Shown in pieces: positions 40,592 to 49,536 of a stretch of DNA of 64,000 nucleotides (position 1 is its first letter; each line of letters opens with the position of its first letter). The notes below the pieces were generated by a model. The model had not been told where the DNA came from and made no database searches. It saw only the letters and a program-made list of their open reading frames with translations. This DNA is from Nitrosopumilus sp. (GTDB lineage Archaea; Thermoproteota; Nitrososphaeria; Nitrososphaerales; Nitrosopumilaceae). The position numbers and the translations under genes were made by a program. Location: the NCBI GenBank assembly GCA_965218695.1, contig OZ244651.1:2272001-2336000 (forward strand). Reading direction: 5' to 3'.

Positions 40592-41821
40592 TTGGTTACC
40601 GAGTTTGACGTAATTCCGACAATCATAGGCGTATTATTCTTAGTCATTCCCGCGTTACTGCTTGGAAGGATCTGTTCCCATTTTAAAATACCAGAAATAA
40701 TCGGATTCGTGATTGCAGGAATTGCCCTGGGGCCGTCCGCAATAGGAGGAATAGTCCCGATTTTTGGAAAGCCCATAGTGGAACTAAACGAGGTAATGCT
40801 TGCGTTATGGCAGATCTCCGGAATCGTAATTTTATTTTCTGCAGGACTGCATTTTACGTTCCGTGATCTCATCAAGGCGGGTCCAAAAGCTGCAATAGTC
40901 GGACTGTGCGGGGTCATCGTGCCGCTTGGGACAGTATATCTTGTGATGGTTTGGATGGGGCTGGACTGGACTGCCGCGATGCTGATAGGGGCGACATTCG
41001 GGGCCACAAGCATAGCCGTGTCGGTCATAATTCTGGAGGAATTGGGCAAGGAAAAAACAACGGAAGGAAATATTTTGATAAACGCCGCAGTGCTAGACGA
41101 CGTCATAGGTCTTGCAATTCTTTCTGCAGTGATTTCGCTGGTCACGTTGGAGACAGTCCCAACGATCGAGTCGGTGGCAATTACAACCATTGTCCAAATA
41201 GGGTTTTGGTTTTTGATGCTGCTTGGCGCAGTGTATTTCCTGCCAAAAATCGTCCGGGGGTTGGGACAGACCCATCCGACGACACTGGAGGGAAGAGGAG
41301 CCAGGCAGGGGGTTGCCCTGGGATCCGCGTTCGGACTGGCCGCAATCGCGTCAGGCCTTGGCCTGAATCCGATTGTAGGGGCATTTGCAGCCGGGATGGG
41401 GCTGGCAGGATCAAACCTGGTGCTCCAAATACGCGAATTTGTAGGCAAGCTCAAAGTGATCGTCGCGCCGCTGTTCTTTGTCATAATTGGAACCCACGTA
41501 GACATAACACAAATCTCATCAATAAACTGGGTTTTGTTCGGGGTGATTCTTTGCGTGGCAGTATTCTCAAAGGTTTTGGGATGCGGCATTCCCGCATCCC
41601 TGTTACTAAAAAACAGGAAGAGCGGGTTCAGAATCGGGTATGGCATGGTAGCAAGGGGGGAGGTGGCGTTCATCGTGGCCGGGATTGGGCTGGCGTTTGA
41701 AATCCTTTCAGAAGAGATTTACTCCACGGTCATTTTTGTGATTTTGGCAACGATCATCATTACGCCCGTTTTGGTCAAGAGGTCATTTAAGGAAAATCCG
41801 TCAAAATCGGTTGAAAAGTGA
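40592..41821 (+). CDS. CPA2-family cation:proton antiporter
   Basis: About 12 TM helices; ATSIAV, AAVLDDVIG, RGEVAF. Confidence 0.9.
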   Translation: MVTEFDVIPTIIGVLFLVIPALLLGRICSHFKIPEIIGFVIAGIALGPSAIGGIVPIFGKPIVELNEVMLALWQISGIVILFSAGLHFTFRDLIKAGPKAAIVGLCGVIVPLGTVYLVMVWMGLDWTAAMLIGATFGATSIAVSVIILEELGKEKTTEGNILINAAVLDDVIGLAILSAVISLVTLETVPTIESVAITTIVQIGFWFLMLLGAVYFLPKIVRGLGQTHPTTLEGRGARQGVALGSAFGLAAIASGLGLNPIVGAFAAGMGLAGSNLVLQIREFVGKLKVIVAPLFFVIIGTHVDITQISSINWVLFGVILCVAVFSKVLGCGIPASLLLKNRKSGFRIGYGMVARGEVAFIVAGIGLAFEILSEEIYSTVIFVILATIIITPVLVKRSFKENPSKSVEK

Positions 41822-42594
41822 AAGAACCGTTCAGGGCTAAATCGTGCCAATGTTTGAAACATGCAAATAAAAAATAAATGGGAAATGTTGAGTGCCGCTG
41901 TGCAGGATGTCTGTTGACGGGATTTTTGAATTAATGATGCCGTACGTCTTGCCGGTGCCTTGATCTTGTTGTTTTGGTGCCACCGTACGGCCTGTGGGCT
42001 TCTGGCCTGGCGTGGAACTGACTTGTATGATACCACCATACGCAGGCGTGTCATTCAAAGGCATGCCGCAAGTCATTATCAATTGCTATATAATTATATG
42101 CGTGCTCAGGGGCAATGGGATTAAAGAGAGCAAAAACGGTTTTGTGTGCTTCCTTGATCGATGTTGCCGCAATTGCATGGTGGGGTAAATTCTGCATATG
42201 CATTTACTTACGGCAGCAGCAGCAGCATAGTCAAAACGACAGAAGCAGAAAGGATTGCATCGCCGGCGAGGTCAGTCTATTGTGTGGACATTTTAACATA
42301 TGAATTGGTGGGGGAGGGTCCGGTTGGATGGTAATGTGTGGCGACGATCAAAAGTTCCTGCAAGATGATTCGGTCTTTCTGTTAATGGACTTGGGCGGCT
42401 CCGGATCAAATCGTGCGGTTCCATAATACCGGGAGATTGCGCTGCGCATGCCTGGGAGATATTCCAAAACAGGCAGAATCCGTCTTCCCCGATGTCAGCA
42501 GCAGCAGCAGCAGCAGCAGCAGCATCACCATTCCCCAGACCGGCGTATACGGCGGTGCGCCATGTCAGTTGACCGGACACGCCCAATTCGGGTG

Positions 42595-43623
42595 TTATCC
42601 GGTAATGATTATCTTCATGGCGCGATCCCCGCTGCGGGCATGATCAAATGCCTGCTGTGAATCGGAGATCCCGTACGTATGGGTGATCAACCCCCCGACA
42701 TCAATCTGTGAGGATTCGATCATCTGAAGTGCCTCTGCCGTGTCTCTGTCCGAAGCTGCATAACTTGTAACCAGCGCAATCTCCCGGGAGTAGATTCTGC
42801 CCATGTCCAGGCTTATCGTGGCGCCCTTTGATGGGACGCCAAACATCATGACGGTGCCGCCACGTCTTGTCACGCATATTGCATCCTCAAGGGCTGCAAG
42901 GCTGCTTGTTGCAACCACTGCAACATCCACGCCCTCCCCACCGGTACCGTCCATGATTATCTTCTGCCTGTCTTTGTAGGTGGCATTTATCGCCCCGGTG
43001 ACTCCGAATTTTTTTGCAAAGTCCAGTCGGAAGTCATTTACGTCAAGGCAGAATGTCCTTGAGAACTCCTTTGCCCGGGCAAGCAGCAGGTGCATCATTC
43101 CGGTTGGCCCTGCCCCAAAGACTGCAATCGAATCACCCTTCTGATAGCTGCACTTTCTCCAGGCCCGGATGCAGCATGCAAGGGGCTCAATCATCGCAGC
43201 GTCCTCAAAGCTCGTAGAATCAGACAGTTTCAGTACGCCCCCGTGCAGTACGTTCCATGCAGGCACCACGTACTCCTCGGACAGGCCGCACGGGGAGAGG
43301 TTTGTCTCGTAGTATCGGGGGCACATCGTCTCGCTTCCGTGACGGCACAGATGGCAGTCATAGCACGGCACGTGGTGGTGCGTAAACACCCGATCCCCCA
43401 CCTCAAACCCTTTTACATCAGAGCCCATCTGAGATATCACGCCGGCAGGCTCGTGGCCCAGCCGCGTTGACGGCTGCCCGTACTGCCCGTAGACCTTTTC
43501 CAGGTCGGATCCGCATATTCCACACGCGTGCATCCGGACCAGTATGTCGCCTGGACCGGGAACGGATCCCTGGACGTCATCGACAGACACCACGGACGGC
43601 TCCCTGACAGACACGCTCTTCAT
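42595..43623 (-). CDS. Zn-dependent alcohol dehydrogenase (MDR family)
   Basis: CGICGSD, GHE, CxxCxxC...C, GAGPTG. Confidence 0.92.
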   Translation of the reverse strand: MKSVSVREPSVVSVDDVQGSVPGPGDILVRMHACGICGSDLEKVYGQYGQPSTRLGHEPAGVISQMGSDVKGFEVGDRVFTHHHVPCYDCHLCRHGSETMCPRYYETNLSPCGLSEEYVVPAWNVLHGGVLKLSDSTSFEDAAMIEPLACCIRAWRKCSYQKGDSIAVFGAGPTGMMHLLLARAKEFSRTFCLDVNDFRLDFAKKFGVTGAINATYKDRQKIIMDGTGGEGVDVAVVATSSLAALEDAICVTRRGGTVMMFGVPSKGATISLDMGRIYSREIALVTSYAASDRDTAEALQMIESSQIDVGGLITHTYGISDSQQAFDHARSGDRAMKIIITG

Positions 43624-43656
43624 CGCCGGATGTTACAGGGGATGATTATAAGTAGA

Positions 43657-45015
43657 TTATAGGGAATTATATACAAAAGTAGGCCAGCCGCCGATTGATG
43701 GCGGCAGCCTACACATGTTTCTTTCTGAAGGCAGTGAAACCCTTTGATTGGCTCTCTCATTCACGGCGATTTCCCGCATACATGCGCGGGGCGCCGCGTG
43801 TTTCTTCCTCCTAACGACGACCTTCCCGGCCGCCTCCGCACAACGTGCGGCTATGTTGACAGACGCATTCTTGTCTGCGTGGTCTTCATGCCCACACTTT
43901 ACGCAGACAAACACCGACTGCGAGCGCCTGGAATTCCTGTCCGTGTTGTGGCATTCGGCGCACGTGATGCTGGTGTTGTGCGGCCTTACCCTGCAGAATT
44001 CCTTGTTGTGTTTTTCTGAAAACCATTCAATGTACGATAATACCTCGCCTATCGCGGCGTGCTTTATGACGCGGTTCAACCCGGTCTTGCCCCGGCCTTT
44101 CCTGGCCATCTGTTTTGGGTGGAGATCCTCGACTGCCATGGTTTTGGCGCCTGTAAGTTCATTCTTGACGCTCTTTTTCATGAAATCAGTCCGGCGGTTC
44201 CTGATCTTTTCGACGGCTTTTGCAATCCGTCTCCGCTCCTTCTTCCACGAATTGCCGCCTTTTTTGCGCCCGGACTGCGCGGACTTTCTCTTGTCTATGT
44301 CGTCTTTCTTGTACCGTCTGGCATTTTCAGGCAGCGTGGCAAGCACGGTGGTGTTTTTGTCCAGGTTGTGGATTGCCATCATGTTGACTGCGCCGACGTC
44401 GATCCCGACGAGGTTGCCATCGCGGCGTTCGGGTTTGGCCACATGCACCTGGACGTGCAGCTCGTACGTGCGGTCACATGGCTTGGTATCTTTGGTGATT
44501 TTTTTGGTGGTTTCTATTATTTGGAAAGATTTGATTTGGTCGCGTTCTATCGGGGTGCTTTTGGGCACGATGTTGCAGATGCCGCCGATATTCCAGGAGC
44601 CGTCTGCGCGGCCTGCCGGATGCCCGTAGCACCCGATTGCCGGCAGTCGACGTTTGGCATTATTGCTCTTCTTCCTGAACAGGCTGTCCGGGGACGTGTA
44701 TTTGCGCTTGTGTTTTGGCATCCGGCGCTTGGCGGCGTTGGATTCCAGGAATAGTTTGACTGCCTTTCGGCCGCAATCCATGGCATGTCTGTGAACATTC
44801 ACGTTGGCATCCAGCCAGCCGTGTTCTGCCCGCTTCTTTGTGAGTGTGCTGTACAGGCCGAACCTTCCCGGATTGTCCTCCAGCACCTGCCTGACGCCCT
44901 CGTTGTAACACCAGTCTGCCTGCGGCCGCGTCTCCCAAATCAGGCGGGAAATCTCCCGTGACTGGTAAAATGGAATCGTGAATGTCTGCGTCGTGTATGG
45001 GAGGTTTTGTTTCAT
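43657..45015 (-). CDS. tnpB: TnpB RNA-guided endonuclease
   Basis: RuvC-I GIDVG, RuvC-II AVEDL, Zn finger CAEC...CVKC, RuvC-III HADKNASVNI all intact; ORF reads through the element end. Confidence 0.92.
   Translation of the reverse strand: MKQNLPYTTQTFTIPFYQSREISRLIWETRPQADWCYNEGVRQVLEDNPGRFGLYSTLTKKRAEHGWLDANVNVHRHAMDCGRKAVKLFLESNAAKRRMPKHKRKYTSPDSLFRKKSNNAKRRLPAIGCYGHPAGRADGSWNIGGICNIVPKSTPIERDQIKSFQIIETTKKITKDTKPCDRTYELHVQVHVAKPERRDGNLVGIDVGAVNMMAIHNLDKNTTVLATLPENARRYKKDDIDKRKSAQSGRKKGGNSWKKERRRIAKAVEKIRNRRTDFMKKSVKNELTGAKTMAVEDLHPKQMARKGRGKTGLNRVIKHAAIGEVLSYIEWFSEKHNKEFCRVRPHNTSITCAECHNTDRNSRRSQSVFVCVKCGHEDHADKNASVNIAARCAEAAGKVVVRRKKHAAPRACMREIAVNERANQRVSLPSERNMCRLPPSIGGWPTFVYNSL
43683..43850 (-). 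ncRNA. Putative omega/reRNA scaffold overlapping the tnpB 3' end
   Basis: Position inferred from known TnpB biology; terminal hairpin visible; 5' boundary approximate. Confidence 0.5.
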
Positions 45016-45058
45016 CAGGTATGGTATTGTACGGTACCGTGCGTTAAAAGGGTATCAG
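43683..45058 (-). mobile_element. tnpB-only element (IS200/605 or IS607 derivative) inside the left TIR of the IS5
   Basis: Removing it restores the TIR; AG/CT dinucleotide at both junctions; right-end hairpin GCCGCC-ATCAATC-GGCGGC; no tnpA. Confidence 0.82.
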
Positions 45059-45258
45059 ATGTCTTAGTTAGTTGCACAACTATGTCCAGATACGAGGCAG
45101 TTCGGCAGCAGTCACGTTCGGAATCATCCGGACTGTCTGCCGGATGCTCCAAGGATCGCCATTACACGTACCGTGCTGCCTGGCATCTCTTGGATCAATT
45201 GTGATCAGCTAAAAGATCAATTGTATTTGTTCTATATGCACAAAGATCAGTACATGCT

Positions 45259-46323
45259 GTGCGTGTGATAATGGGCAAGATGGATGCTGCAAAACCCGCC
45301 AAGCAGAAATCACGGCTACACATCACGCATGCGCAAAACGACGCAAGGTATGTGGACCGTGGAATGACGCTGTACCTCTGCGCTGATCCGGACTGGATCA
45401 ACGAGGTTGCGAGGATGAACCACAAGAAGAACGGCCGTCCGTTCGAATATGCCGAGGGCCTGTTTGAGCTGCTGGCAGGAATAAAAGCAGCATGCGGAAT
45501 TTCCTATCGCGCATGCGAGGGACTGGCAATAAAGGCACTGGAACGCGGCAACGCGCCTGACTACACCACGATATACAGGAGAATCAACGCCCTCAAAGTG
45601 GAGGATGACGGCAGCATGGTCATGGTCCACGGCAGGAAGGGGGCCCTGTGCCTGATTCCAGACGGCACCGGACTGTCGCCTACCAAGCGCAGCGAGTGGA
45701 TACGCAAAACGCACAAGGTAAAGCACGGCTTTATCAGGCTGGGAATAATGATAGACCAGGACACGCGCGAGATTCTGGCATTTAGCATTACAGACGAGCA
45801 CACCGGAGACTCTCCGCAGTTTGAGGGACTGCTTGAGGGTTCCCTGGAGAAGATTGGCATCGGAGGCACGGAATCGGAAGGGCAGGATGCGGCGGCCAGG
45901 AATCCGGACATAACGGTAAAGGCAGACGGCGGATACGACTCCCGCAAGATCTTTTCGTACTGCAAAAAGCGCGGCGTAGAGCCCCTCATACGGATACGCG
46001 GCAACTCCAACACGCGTTCGAACGGCGTGGACAGGTCCCGCACCAACGCCGTGCTGGATCAGCTTGGAGGCGGCATCACCGACCCCAAAAAGTTCGCGGC
46101 CCTGAACACGGGGAAGCGCGAGGAGAACAGGGAACAATGGAAGATTCGCGTAGGCTTTGGCAAGCGGTGGAATGTGGAGATTGTATTCTCGGCATTCAAG
46201 AGGATATTTGGTGATGCTGTTTGGGCTGCAAAGTGGAAGAACATAAAACAGGAAATCCGGATCAAGATTTGGCTGTACAACCGCATGCTGCGCGCATCAC
46301 AGGAGGCAATCGCAAGGACGTGA
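45259..46323 (+). CDS. IS5-family DDE transposase
   Basis: PDYTTIYRR, PDGTG, KADGGYD, RWNVEIVFSAFKR. Confidence 0.9.
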   Translation: MRVIMGKMDAAKPAKQKSRLHITHAQNDARYVDRGMTLYLCADPDWINEVARMNHKKNGRPFEYAEGLFELLAGIKAACGISYRACEGLAIKALERGNAPDYTTIYRRINALKVEDDGSMVMVHGRKGALCLIPDGTGLSPTKRSEWIRKTHKVKHGFIRLGIMIDQDTREILAFSITDEHTGDSPQFEGLLEGSLEKIGIGGTESEGQDAAARNPDITVKADGGYDSRKIFSYCKKRGVEPLIRIRGNSNTRSNGVDRSRTNAVLDQLGGGITDPKKFAALNTGKREENREQWKIRVGFGKRWNVEIVFSAFKRIFGDAVWAAKWKNIKQEIRIKIWLYNRMLRASQEAIART

Positions 46324-46793
46324 GGCAAGGATACGTCTTGGGCCATACTGTCTTGATCATGAAGGTGGAACTGTAGGGAGGTTGTGCAACTCCCATGTGT
46401 TACGGGTATCCAAACCCGTTGATGTCATGTGTTGGCAATGCGTCTGATCCAGTCCGATTTGGGTTGGTCGGGCTGTTTTTTAAAGATTTGTGGGCAGGTT
46501 CGACGTAAATCGGATATTTTGATCATTATTGCCCCCGATCCTGCAGAATCCGATGCAAATGTCATGGCTCGTGTGCAGGTACAGGCAGGCGTTGCGCGCG
46601 GATTTGGATGAATGGCACACAGCTACCGCTAGGAATCTCTCCGTATCCGGAGGAAAAGCAGGCCAAACTCCTACAGTCAATATCGTTTTCGGCAAGCCGG
46701 AGGGGGACAAGAGGGGGCGTTGAGCCGCCCCTCATCTGTGCAGGGGCGGCAAAACACACCCGGGGTTGTTTAATCTCCCCATGGCGCCCAGAC

Positions 46794-47861
46794 TCAGGAT
46801 TCGGCGATGCGCTTTATTCTCTGGAATTTTCGTCTGACAAAATCCCTGTCCTGGGTCCTGTACTCGGCGTCGTGTTCAAGCATCTCCCAGACCCATTCGA
46901 GCATCTGCCTGGCCACGGCAACCCTTGCCTTCATGGGCCCTATGCGGGCTGCCAGTCTCTGGTAGCGTGCCCCTATCCGGGCATCGTGCCGGACTGCGAC
47001 GAAGGCGGCCTCGACCATGGCGCGGCGCAGCCAGACAGAACCGCGCTTTGTGATGCCACCGGTCCTGACTGTCTCCCCGCTGTTGCGGTGTTTTGGCGCC
47101 AGGCCTGCATACGAGACCAGCTTTTCGGCGTTGGCGAACCTCTTGTGGTCGACTATTTCGGCAAGTATGGTTACTGCCGTGACGTATCCTATTCCGGGTA
47201 TGGTCATGATCAGTCGTGCCCGCCTGTCGCTCATCGCAATCCCGGCTATCTTTTTTTCAAATTTTGACACCTGCTTTAGTATGGTGTCGATGATGGCTAG
47301 GTGCGACTGCACCGCCATGCAGTCAACCTCCCTCAGGGGCACGTCCTGCAGCCACTCGATGCCCTGCTCCGTAAACAGCCCCCCTTTGGGCTGCTCGTGC
47401 GGGTATTTGGCCAGGATCGCGTGGATGCGGTTCTTGGGGCCTGAGGCGGACATCTTCATGCCCAGGCGGGTGCGGGTCAGTTCGCGCAGATCCCGCGCGG
47501 GCTTGTCGGCCACGAACGATTCGGGGATCATGTCCAGCCTGCACAGGTCTGCCAGCTTTTCCGAGTCGGCCTTGTCGTTTTTGTACACGGTTTCGGTTAT
47601 TATCTTCGTGTTGTGCGGGTGGGCCAGCAGGGTGTCGATGCCCGCATCCTCGAGCATGTCGTGCACGACTATCCAGTAGTTGGCCGTGGATTCGCAGACG
47701 GCCGTGGCCGGCACGTACCCTTCCTTGTGGATCATCTTGATGAATCCGGTTATTCCCCGAACGTTGTTGTCAAATTCAGTCTGCTTTAGTATGTCCTTGG
47801 TACTTCCCTTGATCGTTGTAACGCATTTCTTTTTGTGAACGTCTATTCCAACGTAATACGT
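46794..47861 (-). CDS. IS110-family DEDD (bridge) recombinase
   Basis: YVGIDVH, VCESTA, KNDKAD and RNSG catalytic Ser; SD-like GGAGGTGA followed by ACG; the ORF-track start (47945) lies inside IS481. Confidence 0.9.
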   Translation of the reverse strand, partial: TYYVGIDVHKKKCVTTIKGSTKDILKQTEFDNNVRGITGFIKMIHKEGYVPATAVCESTANYWIVVHDMLEDAGIDTLLAHPHNTKIITETVYKNDKADSEKLADLCRLDMIPESFVADKPARDLRELTRTRLGMKMSASGPKNRIHAILAKYPHEQPKGGLFTEQGIEWLQDVPLREVDCMAVQSHLAIIDTILKQVSKFEKKIAGIAMSDRRARLIMTIPGIGYVTAVTILAEIVDHKRFANAEKLVSYAGLAPKHRNSGETVRTGGITKRGSVWLRRAMVEAAFVAVRHDARIGARYQRLAARIGPMKARVAVARQMLEWVWEMLEHDAEYRTQDRDFVRRKFQRIKRIAES

Positions 47862-47882
47862 GTTATCACCTCCTTTGCAGTG

Positions 47883-49314
47883 TGTATAGTCCCGAAAGTT
47901 GTTCACCCCCCACATGAGGCTCCGGCCCGGGGTGGACATGCCCAATGAAGGACATTATCCGCGGCATGGCATCGCGTGCAAGATTACTGGGAAATGCAGT
48001 CAGCCTGTCCCTTACCAGAAACGACGGTGTGTGGGTTTCCCGTCGGTGGAGACGCTCGGCCGTGTGGCGTCATATAGGAAGACGGAGAGTGCGAGTGATG
48101 AAAAAGCTTGACCAGTCCAAAGTCGAATGGATCATACAAGAAAAGCGCAAGAATTCCCGCAACAAAGAGATTGCAGCAAGCATGGGAGTGTCGGTCCGCT
48201 GGGTCCAAAAGCTGTGGAAGAGGTACAGGGACAAGGATCGGATCGCGTATCCTGCTCCCATGGGCAGGCCCAAAAAGTGCGCGCCCGGGAGGCGGGATCA
48301 TTCGGCGGTTTTATCGGCTGCGTCCACTGCAGTCCACGGGGCAGCGTCCCTGGAGCGCATCATAAAGTCGCTTACAGGAATACATATCCCACACAACGTC
48401 CTGCACAGGATATTGAAGGATGCCGATTTTGCAGACACCCAGCCAAGGAAGAGCCAGCGCCGCAAGTGGATCCGCTACGAGCGCGAGCACTCCAACTCGA
48501 TGTGGCACACAGACTACAAACAGCTTGACGACGGCAGGTGGTTCCTGTGCTATGAAGACGACGCCTCGCGCTTCGTGACCGGATTTGGGGTATTTGAGGA
48601 GGCGACAACCGAAAACGCCCTGAAGGTGCTCGACGAGGCCATAAAAAATTACGGCAAGCCCGCATCGATCCTGACTGACCGCGGCGCCCAGTTCTATGCC
48701 ACGGAATCCGAGGTCAAGAAGAAGGGAGCCTCCAGGTTCGAGCAGAGGCTAGTCGAGCTTGGAATCAGGCACATACTGGCGCGCGTGCGGCACCCCCAAA
48801 CCAACGGCAAGCTGGAGCGCCTGCACGGGGAGATGCAGCGCAAGCTGCGCCGGTTCGAGGCGGCATCTTCTGCCAAGACCAGGCGCGGCGCCTCAGGGGA
48901 TTCCCACGTTGGAGGGCCGTTTTGCACCGCGCCAGCAAAGGATCCCGTGGAGCGGTTCATGGAGTGGTACAACCACGACCGGCCGCACATGTCCCTTGAC
49001 TGGGACAACCTCGAGACCCCGGCGCAGGCATTCGAAAGAAAGATGCCCCCTGCAGGAGAGATGGTAGTGGACGGCCAGACCGGTGAGGAATACCGCGCAG
49101 AATAGCTGTCCGGCACGACGTCACAACCGCGCCCCATCCTGGGGGATGTTGCGCACAATTTTTTGAAAGTCGCCATGCGTGGAGTGGAAATGACAAAAAT
49201 TCATGATTCCGGACGCAGGATCCAACACAAGACAATTATGCAACAGCCGGCAACATCAAACATGGAAGTACCTCCAAGTCTTGGAGGGGGGCGAACTACT
49301 TTCGGGATCCCACA
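47883..49314 (+). mobile_element. IS481-family element type B, copy 1 (1432 bp)
   Basis: TGT...ACA ends with imperfect TIRs; perfect 15-bp TSD ACCTCCTTTGCAGTG. Confidence 0.95.
48098..49105 (+). CDS. IS481-family transposase
   Basis: WHTDYK, TDRGAQF, HPQTNGKLER. Confidence 0.93.
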   Translation: MKKLDQSKVEWIIQEKRKNSRNKEIAASMGVSVRWVQKLWKRYRDKDRIAYPAPMGRPKKCAPGRRDHSAVLSAASTAVHGAASLERIIKSLTGIHIPHNVLHRILKDADFADTQPRKSQRRKWIRYEREHSNSMWHTDYKQLDDGRWFLCYEDDASRFVTGFGVFEEATTENALKVLDEAIKNYGKPASILTDRGAQFYATESEVKKKGASRFEQRLVELGIRHILARVRHPQTNGKLERLHGEMQRKLRRFEAASSAKTRRGASGDSHVGGPFCTAPAKDPVERFMEWYNHDRPHMSLDWDNLETPAQAFERKMPPAGEMVVDGQTGEEYRAE

Positions 49315-49330
49315 ACCTCCTTTGCAGTGT

Positions 49331-49455
49331 ATCGGACCCGACCAGCGGAAAACTCCCATTCACCGTCAAAGCGGTATTTGACCATCCGCATACCTTGAGT
49401 CACTCTAACTAACGCCCTCATACGTGGCAAGTTGCACTCGACTCTCAGGTCCAAC
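49331..49455 (-). ncRNA. Putative bridge RNA of the IS110 element
   Basis: 10-bp closing helix enclosing two stem/internal-loop/hairpin arms; loop sequences GTGCAACT, TTAGTTAG and ATGGGAG match the element junctions. Confidence 0.8.
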
Positions 49456-49536
49456 AGGGTAAATGCCATGATCGCCGCTATAACGGCAACACATGGCGTC
49501 TAACTAAGATGTCTACTTTTGTATATAATTCCCAGA

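Larger units (their letters stand above)
46392..49499 (-). mobile_element. IS110-family element inside the right TIR of the IS5 (about 1.66 kb without IS481)
   Basis: CT core at both junctions (46390-46391, 49500-49501); subterminal IR CCATGTGTT/AACACATGG; removal restores GTGCAA-CT-AACTAA. Confidence 0.88.
43662..49533 (+). mobile_element. IS5-family element (about 1386 bp once nested inserts are removed) hosting tnpB, IS110 and IS481
   Basis: 8-bp TSD AGATTATA (43654-43661 and 49534-49541); reconstructed 43-bp TIRs GGGAATTATATACAAAAGTAGA(TG/CA)TCTTAGTTAGTTGCACAAC, 41/43 identical. Confidence 0.9.

Noticed and set aside
41830-42590. Coding potential between the antiporter and the dehydrogenase (also 40150-40590)
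   Set aside because: Only short low-complexity ORFs; possibly eroded IS DNA, but not supportable from the sequence
45059-46402. IS5 as a small element with a 14-bp TIR and ATGTCTTA/ATGTGTTA TSD
   Set aside because: The 43-bp split-TIR model gives a perfect TSD and also explains the IS110 core and guide matches
46600-46680. Second bridge RNA with guides for the tnpB cassette junctions (TGGCCTG match)
   Set aside because: Only one 7-nt match and no convincing paired-loop architecture; compatible with chance
43662-49533. Casposon (TIR starts GGG and is AT-rich)
   Set aside because: No cas1 or polB; the TSD is 8 bp; an IS5 transposase explains the TIRs
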